Program-made: the position numbers and the translations under genes
The notes under the pieces: generated by a model
Databases searched by the model: none
What the model was told of the DNA's origin: nothing
The model's input: the letters and a program-made list of their open reading frames with translations, nothing else
NCBI GenBank assembly: GCA_937992175.1
Contig: CALKLF010000005.1
Coordinates: forward strand, 695-64,694
DNA length: 64,000 nucleotides
Origin: an uncultured Fimbriimonadales bacterium
Lineage (GTDB): Bacteria; Armatimonadota; Fimbriimonadia; Fimbriimonadales; GBS-DC
Direction: 5' to 3'
Part shown: piece after piece, positions 54,791 through 63,253 of the stretch
Position numbering within the stretch: the first letter of the stretch is position 1
How the letters are laid out: the number at the start of each line of letters is the position of its first letter

Positions 54791-55972
54791 ATGACTGAAC
54801 AGACGACTCAGTCGCTACAGCAAGAGTTAGAAAAGTTGCGTAGGCGTGTTGCGGAGCTGGAACATGCCCTCGAAGTGCAGGAGTGGGGGGGACAGCTGTT
54901 TCACGAAAGCAACATCCCGCAACTGTTGCTCGATTTCGAGACAGGGGCGATTCTCGCAGCGAACGCTGCGGCGCATCGGTTTTACGGCGAATCGCTCCGG
55001 ACTCATCCGCATGTGAACTGCATCTGTGCGGAGAATCTTGACTGGAATGCCGAGCTCAAGCCCGTCGTTGCCCAGCAGCGTTATGGGATGCGGGTCTCGC
55101 AACAGCATACCGAGAACGGCGTGCGCACGGTCGAGGCGCACTATGTTCTGGTGAATTTGCGTGGCAGACAGATTGTTCACCTAATCGCGTTCGATATTAC
55201 CGACCGTCTTCGGGCACAAGAGGAGTTGCAACGCACCTACCGTCTGGAAAGCATTGGGCGACTGGCTGGCGGGATTGCACACGACTTCAACAATGTGCTG
55301 ACCGCTGTGGTGGGGTTTGCGGAACTGGCGCGCGGGCGCGTGCAGGACGAAACCACACTGCGCTATCTGGACGGCATCCTCGCCGCCGCCGAGCGCGCGG
55401 CGAATCTCAACCGCCAGCTGCTTGCCTACGCCCGCCGACAGGTGGCGCAGCTCAGCCCTATTGATCTCGGTGTATGGCTGCACAACACGCTGGATATCCT
55501 GCGCCGTGTGCTGCCTGAGAATATTCGCCTCGAAACGTCGGTAGACCCCCAGCTGGGCTCGATTCAGGGCGACCCCAACCTGCTATTGCAGATTGTGCTG
55601 AACTTAGTGGTGAACGCACGCGACGCGATGCCCAACGGCGGCCCGATTACTCTTAGCTTAAAAAACCGCACACTCCGCCGCGCCTGTGGCGACGTCCCTG
55701 CAGGACGCTATGTCACGCTCACCGTGGCTGACACGGGCGTCGGTATCCCGCCCGAGGCACTGCCCCACATCTTCGAACCCTTCTACACCACGAAACCGCA
55801 GGGACATGGTACCGGGCTAGGACTGGCGGCGGTGCAGGGCGCAGTGCAACAACTGGGCGGCTATATTACGGTAGAGTCGGAAGTGGGCAAGGGAACCCGC
55901 ATCACGGTCTACTTCCCGCGCCTGACCCCGCCCACGCCGCCTCCGCGAACTGAAAATACTCAGGCGGAATAG
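54791..55972 (+). CDS. Cytoplasmic sensor histidine kinase (coiled coil, PAS, HisKA, HATPase_c)
   Basis: H-box GGIAHDFNNVLTAV, N-box VVNARDAM, G-boxes DTGVGI and GTGLGLAAV. AGGAGG lies upstream. No response regulator is adjacent. Confidence 0.9.
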   Translation: MTEQTTQSLQQELEKLRRRVAELEHALEVQEWGGQLFHESNIPQLLLDFETGAILAANAAAHRFYGESLRTHPHVNCICAENLDWNAELKPVVAQQRYGMRVSQQHTENGVRTVEAHYVLVNLRGRQIVHLIAFDITDRLRAQEELQRTYRLESIGRLAGGIAHDFNNVLTAVVGFAELARGRVQDETTLRYLDGILAAAERAANLNRQLLAYARRQVAQLSPIDLGVWLHNTLDILRRVLPENIRLETSVDPQLGSIQGDPNLLLQIVLNLVVNARDAMPNGGPITLSLKNRTLRRACGDVPAGRYVTLTVADTGVGIPPEALPHIFEPFYTTKPQGHGTGLGLAAVQGAVQQLGGYITVESEVGKGTRITVYFPRLTPPTPPPRTENTQAE

Positions 55973-56399
55973 CTGCGACCGCGCCGTCAGTGTAAAACGG
56001 CGGAACAAGCCCCTCTCGCTCTAGGCGCAGCAACTCGCGGTTCACAGGCGGATAGTTCGTTGGCTCGAAACGCTTAGCCAGCGCGTCGGGCACATTGATA
56101 CCTAAATGGAGTAACCCATACACTCCGAAATAGCCATATACCCCTGCGCGGGCGAGACGGCGCACTGTTTGCGGGCGTCGGCGCAGTCCCCACTCGATAA
56201 TTATCAGCGGTGCCGCCACCAGCAGCAGCTTCACCCCTACAAACGCGCCTAACCCATAGTCAAGATAGTACTGCATCAGGGGATTCGCCTCATTCGCCAG
56301 CCCGCGCGAGAGCAGCCATACCGTTAACGCCAAATCCGCCATACACAGGGCGAAAAGCGCCCAGCTTTCAACGCTCAGAAAACACAGTATGCTTCGCAT
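55902..56399 (-). CDS. DUF5658-like membrane protein
   Basis: [24 protein letters not shown]... followed by further TM helices. GAAGGAG lies upstream. The 3' end overlaps the kinase gene convergently by ~70 nt. Confidence 0.55.
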   Translation of the reverse strand: MRSILCFLSVESWALFALCMADLALTVWLLSRGLANEANPLMQYYLDYGLGAFVGVKLLLVAAPLIIIEWGLRRRPQTVRRLARAGVYGYFGVYGLLHLGINVPDALAKRFEPTNYPPVNRELLRLEREGLVPPFYTDGAVAAIPPEYFQFAEAAWAGSGAGSRP

Positions 56400-56531
56400 C
56401 GTTCACTCCTTCACAAAACCGACTGCACGGTTCTATATCCATTTTCGGCAGGAAGTATGGTATCCTTAAGGTGTCCCCTGCGCTGTCGCGTGGACGCTCA
56501 AGGCAGAGCCATAGGCTGGAGGAACAGAACG

Positions 56532-58097
56532 ATGTCGAAGCATGCTGATCGGACGACTGTACCAAGCAATTTAGAGATTGAGAATCTTTTAGGTCAAGCG
56601 AAACCCTTATATCACAATCTATCAGTAGCCAGTTTAGTAGAGCATGCAATTATCAACGGAGAAGCGCAGTTGGCATCGAACGGCGCGTTGGTGGCGCGCA
56701 CGGGGCAATACACAGGACGCTCCCCCAAAGACAAGTTCGTGGTGCGCCGCGCCGAGTATGAGTCGCTCATCGACTGGGGCGCGGTGAACCAGCCGATGGC
56801 TCCTGAGGTCTTTGACCGCTTGTTGCTACGCGTTTTGGCGTATCTGAGTAATCGCCCGCTGTATGTGCAGGATTGCTTCGCAGGCGCAGACCCGCGCTAT
56901 CGGCTCGGCGTGCGGGTGATTACCGAGCAGGCGTGGCATAACCTGTTCGCGAAGCAGCTCTTCATTCGTCCCACGCCTGAGGAACTGCCCGACTTTCGCG
57001 CCAACTTCACCGTGTTACACGCGCCGGGCTTCAAGACCGACCCGACGGTGGACGGAACGCGCAGCGAGGTGGTCGTCGCGCTTGATTTCACGCGGCGCAT
57101 CGTGCTGATTGCGGGCACAGCGTATGCCGGCGAAATCAAAAAGTCGATTTTCACGGTGATGAACTTCCTGCTGCCGTTGCAGGGCGTGTTTCCGATGCAC
57201 TGCTCGGCGAATATCGGCGCGGCGGGCGATGTCGCGCTCTTTTTCGGGCTGAGCGGCACGGGCAAGACCTCGCTCTCCGCCGACTGCGAGCGTCGCCTGA
57301 TTGGCGACGACGAACACGGCTGGAGCGACACAGGCGTGTTCAACTTCGAGGGCGGCTGCTACGCCAAGTGCATCAACCTCTCGCGCGAGCACGAACCGCA
57401 AATCTGGAACGCCATCCGCTTCGGCAGCGTGGTGGAGAATGTGGTCGTAGACGCCGACACACGCGAGCCAGACTACACCGACGCCTCGATCACCGAGAAC
57501 ACGCGCGCGGCATACCCTGTCGATTATATCGACGGCGCGGTGCTGCCGAGTGTGGGCGGGCATCCACGCCATCTGTTTTTCCTTGCGGCGGATGCGTTCG
57601 GCGTCCTGCCCCCTATCAGTCGCCTGAGCGTGGAGCAGGCGATGGATATGTTCCTGCTCGGTTACACAGCGAAGGTCGCGGGCACGGAGCGCGGCGTGAC
57701 GGATCCTGAGGCGACCTTCAGCGCGTGTTTCGGCGCGCCGTTCCTGCCCTTGCCCCCCGCCCGCTACGGCGAAATGCTCGCGGAGAAACTCAGTCAGCAC
57801 AAGGCGCAGGCGTGGCTGGTGAACACGGGCTGGACAGGCGGCGCGTATGGCGTGGGGCATCGAATCCCCATCCGCTATACCCGCGCGATGATCCGAGCCG
57901 CGCTGAACGGCGCTTTAGAGCAGGTTGGCTACCGCACCGACCCGATTTTCGGGCTGGAGACGCCTGTTTCTGTGCCCGATGTGCCCGACGACCTGCTCGT
58001 GCCGCGCGAAACCTGGCAGGATAAAACCGCCTACGAGGCGCAGGCGCGCCAGCTCGCCGAGCGGATGCAGCAGCAACTCAAGAAAGTGCGCGGCTAA
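56532..58097 (+). CDS. pckA: Phosphoenolpyruvate carboxykinase (ATP)
   Basis: [49 protein letters not shown] 56532 follows GGAGGA. Confidence 0.95.
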   Translation: MSKHADRTTVPSNLEIENLLGQAKPLYHNLSVASLVEHAIINGEAQLASNGALVARTGQYTGRSPKDKFVVRRAEYESLIDWGAVNQPMAPEVFDRLLLRVLAYLSNRPLYVQDCFAGADPRYRLGVRVITEQAWHNLFAKQLFIRPTPEELPDFRANFTVLHAPGFKTDPTVDGTRSEVVVALDFTRRIVLIAGTAYAGEIKKSIFTVMNFLLPLQGVFPMHCSANIGAAGDVALFFGLSGTGKTSLSADCERRLIGDDEHGWSDTGVFNFEGGCYAKCINLSREHEPQIWNAIRFGSVVENVVVDADTREPDYTDASITENTRAAYPVDYIDGAVLPSVGGHPRHLFFLAADAFGVLPPISRLSVEQAMDMFLLGYTAKVAGTERGVTDPEATFSACFGAPFLPLPPARYGEMLAEKLSQHKAQAWLVNTGWTGGAYGVGHRIPIRYTRAMIRAALNGALEQVGYRTDPIFGLETPVSVPDVPDDLLVPRETWQDKTAYEAQARQLAERMQQQLKKVRG

Positions 58098-58131
58098 TCT
58101 GCTGCTTCGTCAACCATTAATCTTTGGAACC

Positions 58132-58179
58132 CCCTCCGTAGGTTCCCACTACGCAGTAGAGGGAACCTGTAGGAGCTGA
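58132..58179 (+). terminator. Long imperfect hairpin 35 nt after the pckA stop
   Basis: cctccgtAGGTTCCCACTACgcaGTAGAGGGAACCTgtaggag. No clear U-tract follows. Confidence 0.35.
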
Positions 58180-58226
58180 TAAGCAGACACCGACTAAGTA
58201 CACTCTCGCCGCGCGGGACGCCGACT

Positions 58227-58294
58227 GTTTCCACCTCACCCCCCTTGCCCTCCTCTCCGTTTACAGAGAGGGGGTTGGAGGGTAAGGTGGAAAC
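58227..58294. repeat. G/C-run nested-hairpin repeat (family copy C)
   Basis: GTTTCCACCtcaccccccttgccctCCTCTCcgtttacaGAGAGGgggttggagggtaaGGTGGAAAC. Confidence 0.6.
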
Positions 58295-58407
58295 AGCGTG
58301 GGAAATCGCCGGCGCGTTTCCCCCAGTTGAGGTCAGGTCGTGTACCATGATTAGACCTGTAGGAGCGGGTTCCAAAAATTGAGCGTGGACACAGCACTAC
58401 TTTCAGG

Positions 58408-58413
58408 TACACT
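58408..58413 (+). promoter_or_regulatory. -10 box TACACT, 7 nt upstream of ATG 58421; leaderless-type promoter
   Basis: Reads caGGTACACTttttgccATG. Confidence 0.45.
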
Positions 58414-58420
58414 TTTTGCC

Positions 58421-59632
58421 ATGGAAACCCTGCTTGCCGACGCGCTGCAATCTGTGCGCGAGCGACTGCTGCAGCCTGAAGGAGATGCGGAAACCCTGCG
58501 CGAACTCGCTATCCTGTTGCGTGACGCGAGTCTCGGCTGGACGCAGCTGCCCGAGGAAGTTCGCTCCAGCGTTCAACTCGCGTTGCAGAGTGCGCTGCCT
58601 CTGAACGAAGGCTCCATTCAGATTTTGCTGGAGGAGCTGAGCGCGCATCAGAAGGCGGTGGGACGCGCGGCGGCGCAGGCGCAAGCGCGCCGCTACCCCG
58701 CCCCGCGCGAGGCGCAACGCGCCTACGAACTGCTGACCGACGCTCCCGCCGATGCCCCGACAACGCGAATCGAAGGCGCGATTCTGGCGGCGGAACTCGT
58801 CGAGCCGAACGCTTCCCTTAGCGTACGCGCCGATAACCTCATCCGCGCTCTCTACGCCAAGCAGCCGTTTCCTGAATACAACGCCAGCGTCGCCGCGCTG
58901 CTTGGACTGGCGTTTCTGCAGGCGAACGGCGTCGCCGCCGAGCTGAGCGCGGCGCAGTCACAATCCCTAATCGAGGCGATTGTTCAGGGTGCGCCGCTGA
59001 ACCTGCCCGAAGCCACAGGTGTGCCCGACCCGCGCGTGTGGAGCGACATTCTGGATGAACTCGCGGCGCGCTATCGCGCTGCTTTCCTGCAAGCCGAGCG
59101 CGCTCTACAAGCAACCCAGCTCGTGCGCATCGAGAACCTGCCTGAGACCACGCGAGCGACGCTCCAGCCCGCGCCCGGACCTAGCTTCGAATGGCGGTAT
59201 CTCACTTTGCAAGACCTCATTTGGATTAACAGCGAGATTACGAAGTCGCCGCAGCCCTACAGCTATGACCGTCTGGAGGAGGCGACCCATTATCAATACA
59301 GTTATCGCCAGAGCCGTGATGTGCCGTTGCAGGCGGCGCGGTTCCTGTGGGGCTACCTGAAGTACCACCCCTTCGCACAGGGCAACCGGGCGACCGCTCT
59401 GATTGCGACGCTCGCATTTTTACACATCAACGGCTACGAGACGCGCCTGCCCGTTGAACACGCCGCAGAGTGGATCGAGCAGGTCGCCCTGCGCCGCAAG
59501 CATCCGCTGGACGCTATCCGCCAGATTGCCGCGCCTGCCCTGCCCGGTAAGCAGCCCGAACCTTTGCGTGAACTGGCGCACCATTTGATTGAGCATTACG
59601 AAGCGGCGTTGCATTCGCTCGCGGGGAAGTAA
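58421..59632 (+). CDS. Fido (Fic/Doc)-domain protein with a degenerate active-site motif and a long helical N-terminal region
   Basis: The C-terminal region carries YLKYHPFAQGNRATALIATLAFLHINGYE. Compare Fic HxFx(D/E)GNGRxxR and Doc HxFx(D/N)(A/G)NKR. Confidence 0.55.
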   Translation: METLLADALQSVRERLLQPEGDAETLRELAILLRDASLGWTQLPEEVRSSVQLALQSALPLNEGSIQILLEELSAHQKAVGRAAAQAQARRYPAPREAQRAYELLTDAPADAPTTRIEGAILAAELVEPNASLSVRADNLIRALYAKQPFPEYNASVAALLGLAFLQANGVAAELSAAQSQSLIEAIVQGAPLNLPEATGVPDPRVWSDILDELAARYRAAFLQAERALQATQLVRIENLPETTRATLQPAPGPSFEWRYLTLQDLIWINSEITKSPQPYSYDRLEEATHYQYSYRQSRDVPLQAARFLWGYLKYHPFAQGNRATALIATLAFLHINGYETRLPVEHAAEWIEQVALRRKHPLDAIRQIAAPALPGKQPEPLRELAHHLIEHYEAALHSLAGK

Positions 59633-59694
59633 TACCGACCGAGACTTCAAGTCCTACAAAGCGAGTAAAGGCGTCGTCGCTGCCCATGCGTTCG

Positions 59695-59757
59695 CTCCCC
59701 CCGCTTGCTGGCAGCCGCGACTCCTCCCCCGTTCACGGGGAGGTCGGGAGGGGGGAG
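59695..59757. repeat. G/C-run nested-hairpin repeat (looser family copy D)
   Basis: CTCCCCCCgcttgctggcagccgcgactCCTCCCCcgttcacGGGGAGGtcgggaGGGGGGAG. Confidence 0.5.
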
Positions 59758-59819
59758 AAAGAACAGCAGGCAAAAGGAACGATCAATCTTTGAAACGCTT
59801 ACCAATCTCGGAGCCTTTC

Positions 59820-59843
59820 ACCCGCAAATTTACGGGTTTTCTT
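59820..59843 (+). terminator. Weak Rho-independent-type terminator
   Basis: ACCCGcaaatttaCGGGTtttctt. Confidence 0.35.
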
Positions 59844-59862
59844 CCTAATCGCACCCTGAACC

Positions 59863-59892
59863 TTGACACCTGAGCAAAAACTGTGCTATAAT
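59863..59892 (+). promoter_or_regulatory. Near-consensus sigma-70-type promoter (TTGACA-N18-TGcTATAAT) for the PEP-CTERM gene
   Basis: Reads TTGACAcctgagcaaaaactgTGcTATAAT. Confidence 0.7.
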
Positions 59893-59896
59893 ATAA

Positions 59897-59940
59897 CCAG
59901 CGCAGGCTGCCCCCTGCGCTGGCAGTACCGGGACACCCGG
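59897..59940 (+). promoter_or_regulatory. Structured 5' UTR: perfect 10-bp 5'-terminal hairpin plus a 5-bp hairpin abutting the Shine-Dalgarno
   Basis: CCAGCGCAGGctgcccCCTGCGCTGG (59897-59922) and CCGGGacaCCCGG (59928-59940), then AAAGGAGG. Confidence 0.55.
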
Positions 59941-59956
59941 AAAGGAGGATATGGAT

Positions 59957-60523
59957 ATGAAACGACTGGCGATTGTAGCATTGAGCGCTTTGATGAGCGC
60001 GAACGCTTTCGCGCTGTTCGGCGAAACCGAGCCGAACGACACACGCGCGACGGCTGACATGGTGCTATACAACTTGCGTACAACGCCACCGAACGCGGAG
60101 GTGGGCGTGCTAAACCTTACTCAAAATGACAGCGACTTCTTCAAGATTCAGCTGCGAACAGGCGACTGGCTGACGGCAATTACCTTCCCGATTGGTACCA
60201 ACTACACCAGCCCCGACACCGTGATGGCGCTTTTTGACGAATTCGGAAACACCGCCATCGTGTGGAACGACGATGCGGGTATAGGCTTAGGCTCCGCCAT
60301 TCGCTGGCAAGCAGATCGAGACGGCGACTTCTACATCGCAATCACGGGCTATCGCGGAACCACTGGGCGAAACCTGTTGTCTTACTACGAGGGCGCAACC
60401 CACTCCCAGACTGGTCCGTATCTGCTGACTGTGAGCGTGGTGCCTGTGCCCGAGCCTGCGAGCATGATTGCGCTGGGCAGCGGTTTGGTGGGGCTGTTGG
60501 CGCTGCGCCGACGCCGCAAGTAA
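59957..60523 (+). CDS. PEP-CTERM-anchored secreted protein with a pre-peptidase C-terminal (PPC)-like domain
   Basis: Signal peptide MKRLAIVALSALMSANAFA. ETEPNDTRATAD. C-terminal VPVPEPASMIALGSGLVGLLALRRRRK* (PEP motif, TM, basic tail). Confidence 0.85.
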   Translation: MKRLAIVALSALMSANAFALFGETEPNDTRATADMVLYNLRTTPPNAEVGVLNLTQNDSDFFKIQLRTGDWLTAITFPIGTNYTSPDTVMALFDEFGNTAIVWNDDAGIGLGSAIRWQADRDGDFYIAITGYRGTTGRNLLSYYEGATHSQTGPYLLTVSVVPVPEPASMIALGSGLVGLLALRRRRK

Positions 60524-60550
60524 GGTTTGCTTGCGTTGCTTGCAACCATC

Positions 60551-60582
60551 CGCCCCCTGTCTTGCAGGGGGCGTTTTGTTTT
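60551..60582 (+). terminator. Rho-independent terminator
   Basis: CGCCCCCTGtcttgCAGGGGGCGTTTTGTTTT. The T-tract overlaps the stop of the convergent pfkB-family gene. Confidence 0.8.
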
Positions 60583-61519
60583 ATTGGGGGCAGCGGCGTT
60601 CCATAAATCGGACTGTCTCCTCGAGCGGTTTGACGCCCGTCGTTGCGCCTAACGCGGCGACGCAGAGCGCGCCGACCGCGTTGGCGAGCCGCGCCGTGCG
60701 CCGCAGATCCCAGCCCAACGAAACCCCCGCGAGCCAGCCCGCTGTGAAGCAGTCGCCCGCGCCCAGCATATCGACCACCGCTACCTCACACGCAGGCAGA
60801 TGGAACGCCACTTCGCGATTTTTGACAAAGCACCCCTGCGCGTCCATCTTAATCACAGCGGTTCCAATGCCTTCAGCAAGCAGTCGGTCAGCGATCTTTT
60901 CGGGATCCGTCTCGCCAGTGAGCATGCTCGCCTCGCCGTAGTTGGGAGTGATGTAGTCTAAATGAGGCAGGCACGGCAGAAGCAGGCGCATCCACTGTCC
61001 GCTAGCGTCCCAGGTGGTGTCGAGGCAGGTCGTCATCCCGCGCTGTTTCGCTTTCTGCAGCACGCGCGCGGCGGGTTCGCCGTCCATCCGCGGCATCAAG
61101 TACACGCCTGCCAGATGAAAAATCGCGCAGTCCGAGAGCAAGTTCCAGTCGATATCATCAGGGCAGAACTCGGCGTTTGCGCCCATGTGGTGAATGAACG
61201 ACCGCTCGCCGTCAGGATGCACCATCACCATCGTGCTGGAAGTGCCTGCTGACACGGTGCGCTGGATCCCGCGCGTGTCCACGCTGTAGCGTTGCAGTTC
61301 GCTGAGTATGAAATCGCCAAAAGCGTCCTGTCCTACCTTGCCGATGACGCTGACGGGCAGTCCCAGCTTCGCCAGCGCCAGCCCTGTGTTCGAGGCGCAG
61401 CCGCCTACATGGAGTGCCATGCGTTCCACATGAGCGCAGATTCCGCGTTCGGGGTAGTGGCTCACGGGTTTGGCGACTACATCGGCGACAAGGATGCCCA
61501 CCGAGGCGACTTTGCGCAC
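60581..61519 (-). CDS. PfkB-family carbohydrate kinase
   Basis: GGCASNTGLALAKLG and VVDMLGAGDCFTAGWLAG. Confidence 0.85.
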   Translation of the reverse strand: MRKVASVGILVADVVAKPVSHYPERGICAHVERMALHVGGCASNTGLALAKLGLPVSVIGKVGQDAFGDFILSELQRYSVDTRGIQRTVSAGTSSTMVMVHPDGERSFIHHMGANAEFCPDDIDWNLLSDCAIFHLAGVYLMPRMDGEPAARVLQKAKQRGMTTCLDTTWDASGQWMRLLLPCLPHLDYITPNYGEASMLTGETDPEKIADRLLAEGIGTAVIKMDAQGCFVKNREVAFHLPACEVAVVDMLGAGDCFTAGWLAGVSLGWDLRRTARLANAVGALCVAALGATTGVKPLEETVRFMERRCPQ

Positions 61520-61522
61520 AGC

Positions 61523-62650
61523 TCAATCCTCCTTCTTGACGCTGCGTTTGACTTTTTCGAAGAAGCTGGTTGGCTCCGCGCCCGCATACTTTTTGAGGCG
61601 CACGCCGCTCAACTCGGCGTACTGGCGCAGCAGGTTGCGCTGCGCGTCGGTGAGTTTTTTAGGCATTTTCAGCCCGATGCGCACATACAGGTCGCCACGC
61701 CTGCCCGTGCGGGGGTTCGGAAGTCCTCGTCCCGGGATAATTAGCTCGCTATACGGCTCCGTGAGTTCGGGGATTTCCAGCGTGGTTTTGCCGTCCAGCG
61801 TTTCGAGCTCCACTTCATCGCCGAGCGCGAGCTGTGGGTAGGTCAGGTTAACCTGAGTGGCGAGGTCGTCGCCGCGCCGTCGGAATCGGGGATGGGGCGC
61901 GATATGAACCACCACATACAGATCGCCGTCGCGTCCGCCGCGTAGCCCCGAATCGCCCTCGCCGCGCAGAAGAATTGCCGTCTCGTTCTCGATTCCGGGC
62001 GGAATCGCGACTGTGACCGCGTCGCGTTGTTGCACGAGTTTCTCGCCACGGCACTCGCGGCAGGGCGTGCGGATAATTTCGCCTTCGCCGTGGCAGCGTT
62101 CACAGGGAACCACGCGCGTGACTGTGCCCAGAATCGTGGTCTGCGTGAATCGCACGCGCCCGGAGCCAGCGCAGTCGGGGCAGCGTTCGGGCGTCGTGCC
62201 CGGCTCTGCCCCGACGCCTTTACAGCAGGCGCACAGGCGCAACCGCTCCACATCTACGGTTAGCGTCGCACCGTGCAGTACCTGCTCCAGAGTGATGGAA
62301 ACATCGGCGCGGCGGTCTGCGCCGTCGACAGGACCTCGCGTCGCGACACCCGCACCGCCGCCGAAAAACATCTGGAACAGGTTCTCCGCCATGCCGAACG
62401 GGTCGGCGGTCGGCGCGCTCTGCGACCCAGCGTGCCCGAACCGATCGTACACGGCGCGCGATTCGGGATCCGAAAGCACCTGATACGCCTCGTTGATGAG
62501 CTTGAACCGCTCTTCCGCCTGCGGGTCGTCTTTGTTCACATCGGGGTGGTACTGGCGCGCCAGTTTGCGAAACGCCGCCTTGATTTCGTCTTGACTCGCG
62601 CTTCGCTCGACGCCCAGCACCTCATAGTAGTCGGGTCTATTCATCGCCAC
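61523..62650 (-). CDS. dnaJ: Molecular chaperone DnaJ
   Basis: [34 protein letters not shown]. CxxCxGxG zinc-finger repeats [24 protein letters not shown] and CRECRGEK. Confidence 0.95.
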   Translation of the reverse strand: MAMNRPDYYEVLGVERSASQDEIKAAFRKLARQYHPDVNKDDPQAEERFKLINEAYQVLSDPESRAVYDRFGHAGSQSAPTADPFGMAENLFQMFFGGGAGVATRGPVDGADRRADVSITLEQVLHGATLTVDVERLRLCACCKGVGAEPGTTPERCPDCAGSGRVRFTQTTILGTVTRVVPCERCHGEGEIIRTPCRECRGEKLVQQRDAVTVAIPPGIENETAILLRGEGDSGLRGGRDGDLYVVVHIAPHPRFRRRGDDLATQVNLTYPQLALGDEVELETLDGKTTLEIPELTEPYSELIIPGRGLPNPRTGRRGDLYVRIGLKMPKKLTDAQRNLLRQYAELSGVRLKKYAGAEPTSFFEKVKRSVKKED

Positions 62651-62662
62651 AAGAGATTATGG

Positions 62663-63007
62663 CTACTCGCGCAGGGTCGTCTCCTGCTCGTAGAACTGCA
62701 TCGCCTCTTCCTCGAACGCCTCGTCTGCTTCGGTTTGCTTGCTGAGTTGTTTGATGTCGCGTGCGGCTTGCCAGGTATGTTCAGGACCGTGAATAATCAC
62801 TTCCACAGTGTTCTCATCGATGATGCGGGGTCGGATTTTACCTTCGGCTATCTCTTGCAGGGCGACGGTCAGCGGATTGAAGTCGAGTCCATCGACGGGC
62901 ACGAGCGGTTTCGCGCCTTCGCGGAGCAGGCGCGCACGCTCGGCGGCGAGCAACGCCAGAATATAACGCGGATACTGACTGAGTTCGTCTGTTTCTGGGT
63001 AAATCAT
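62663..63007 (-). CDS. rpoZ: DNA-directed RNA polymerase omega subunit with an extended acidic C-terminal tail
   Basis: RYILALLAAERARLLREGAKPLV...LTVALQEIAEGKI matches the omega core. Start chosen at ATG 63007. Confidence 0.65.
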   Translation of the reverse strand: MIYPETDELSQYPRYILALLAAERARLLREGAKPLVPVDGLDFNPLTVALQEIAEGKIRPRIIDENTVEVIIHGPEHTWQAARDIKQLSKQTEADEAFEEEAMQFYEQETTLRE

Positions 63008-63253
63008 CCGTTCACCGTCCTTTTGGGGCGCGTGGGTGCTTGAATGCGTCAAGAAGCGCAGGAGCCGCCCCAGCTCCCGACGCTTCTAAGTTCTCGCCCA
63101 ACCGGCGGTTGTGCCATGTGGCGTTTATTAATATTACCCCCGCAGGGCGCAAAAAATCAAGGGGTGCATCGGCGTTTCAATCGGCGCAGTTCATGCGTTC
63201 CATGTCAATTCCGAGCAGGAGTTCTCGCAGTCAAAGCGAATTGAGCACCTGTT

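Noticed and set aside
62641-62662. CATAAT between rpoZ and dnaJ, as a leaderless dnaJ promoter.
   Set aside because: The gap is 5 nt to the GTG and 11 nt to the ATG. Both fall outside the 6-9 nt range seen at the other twelve sites. dnaJ is more simply co-transcribed with rpoZ.
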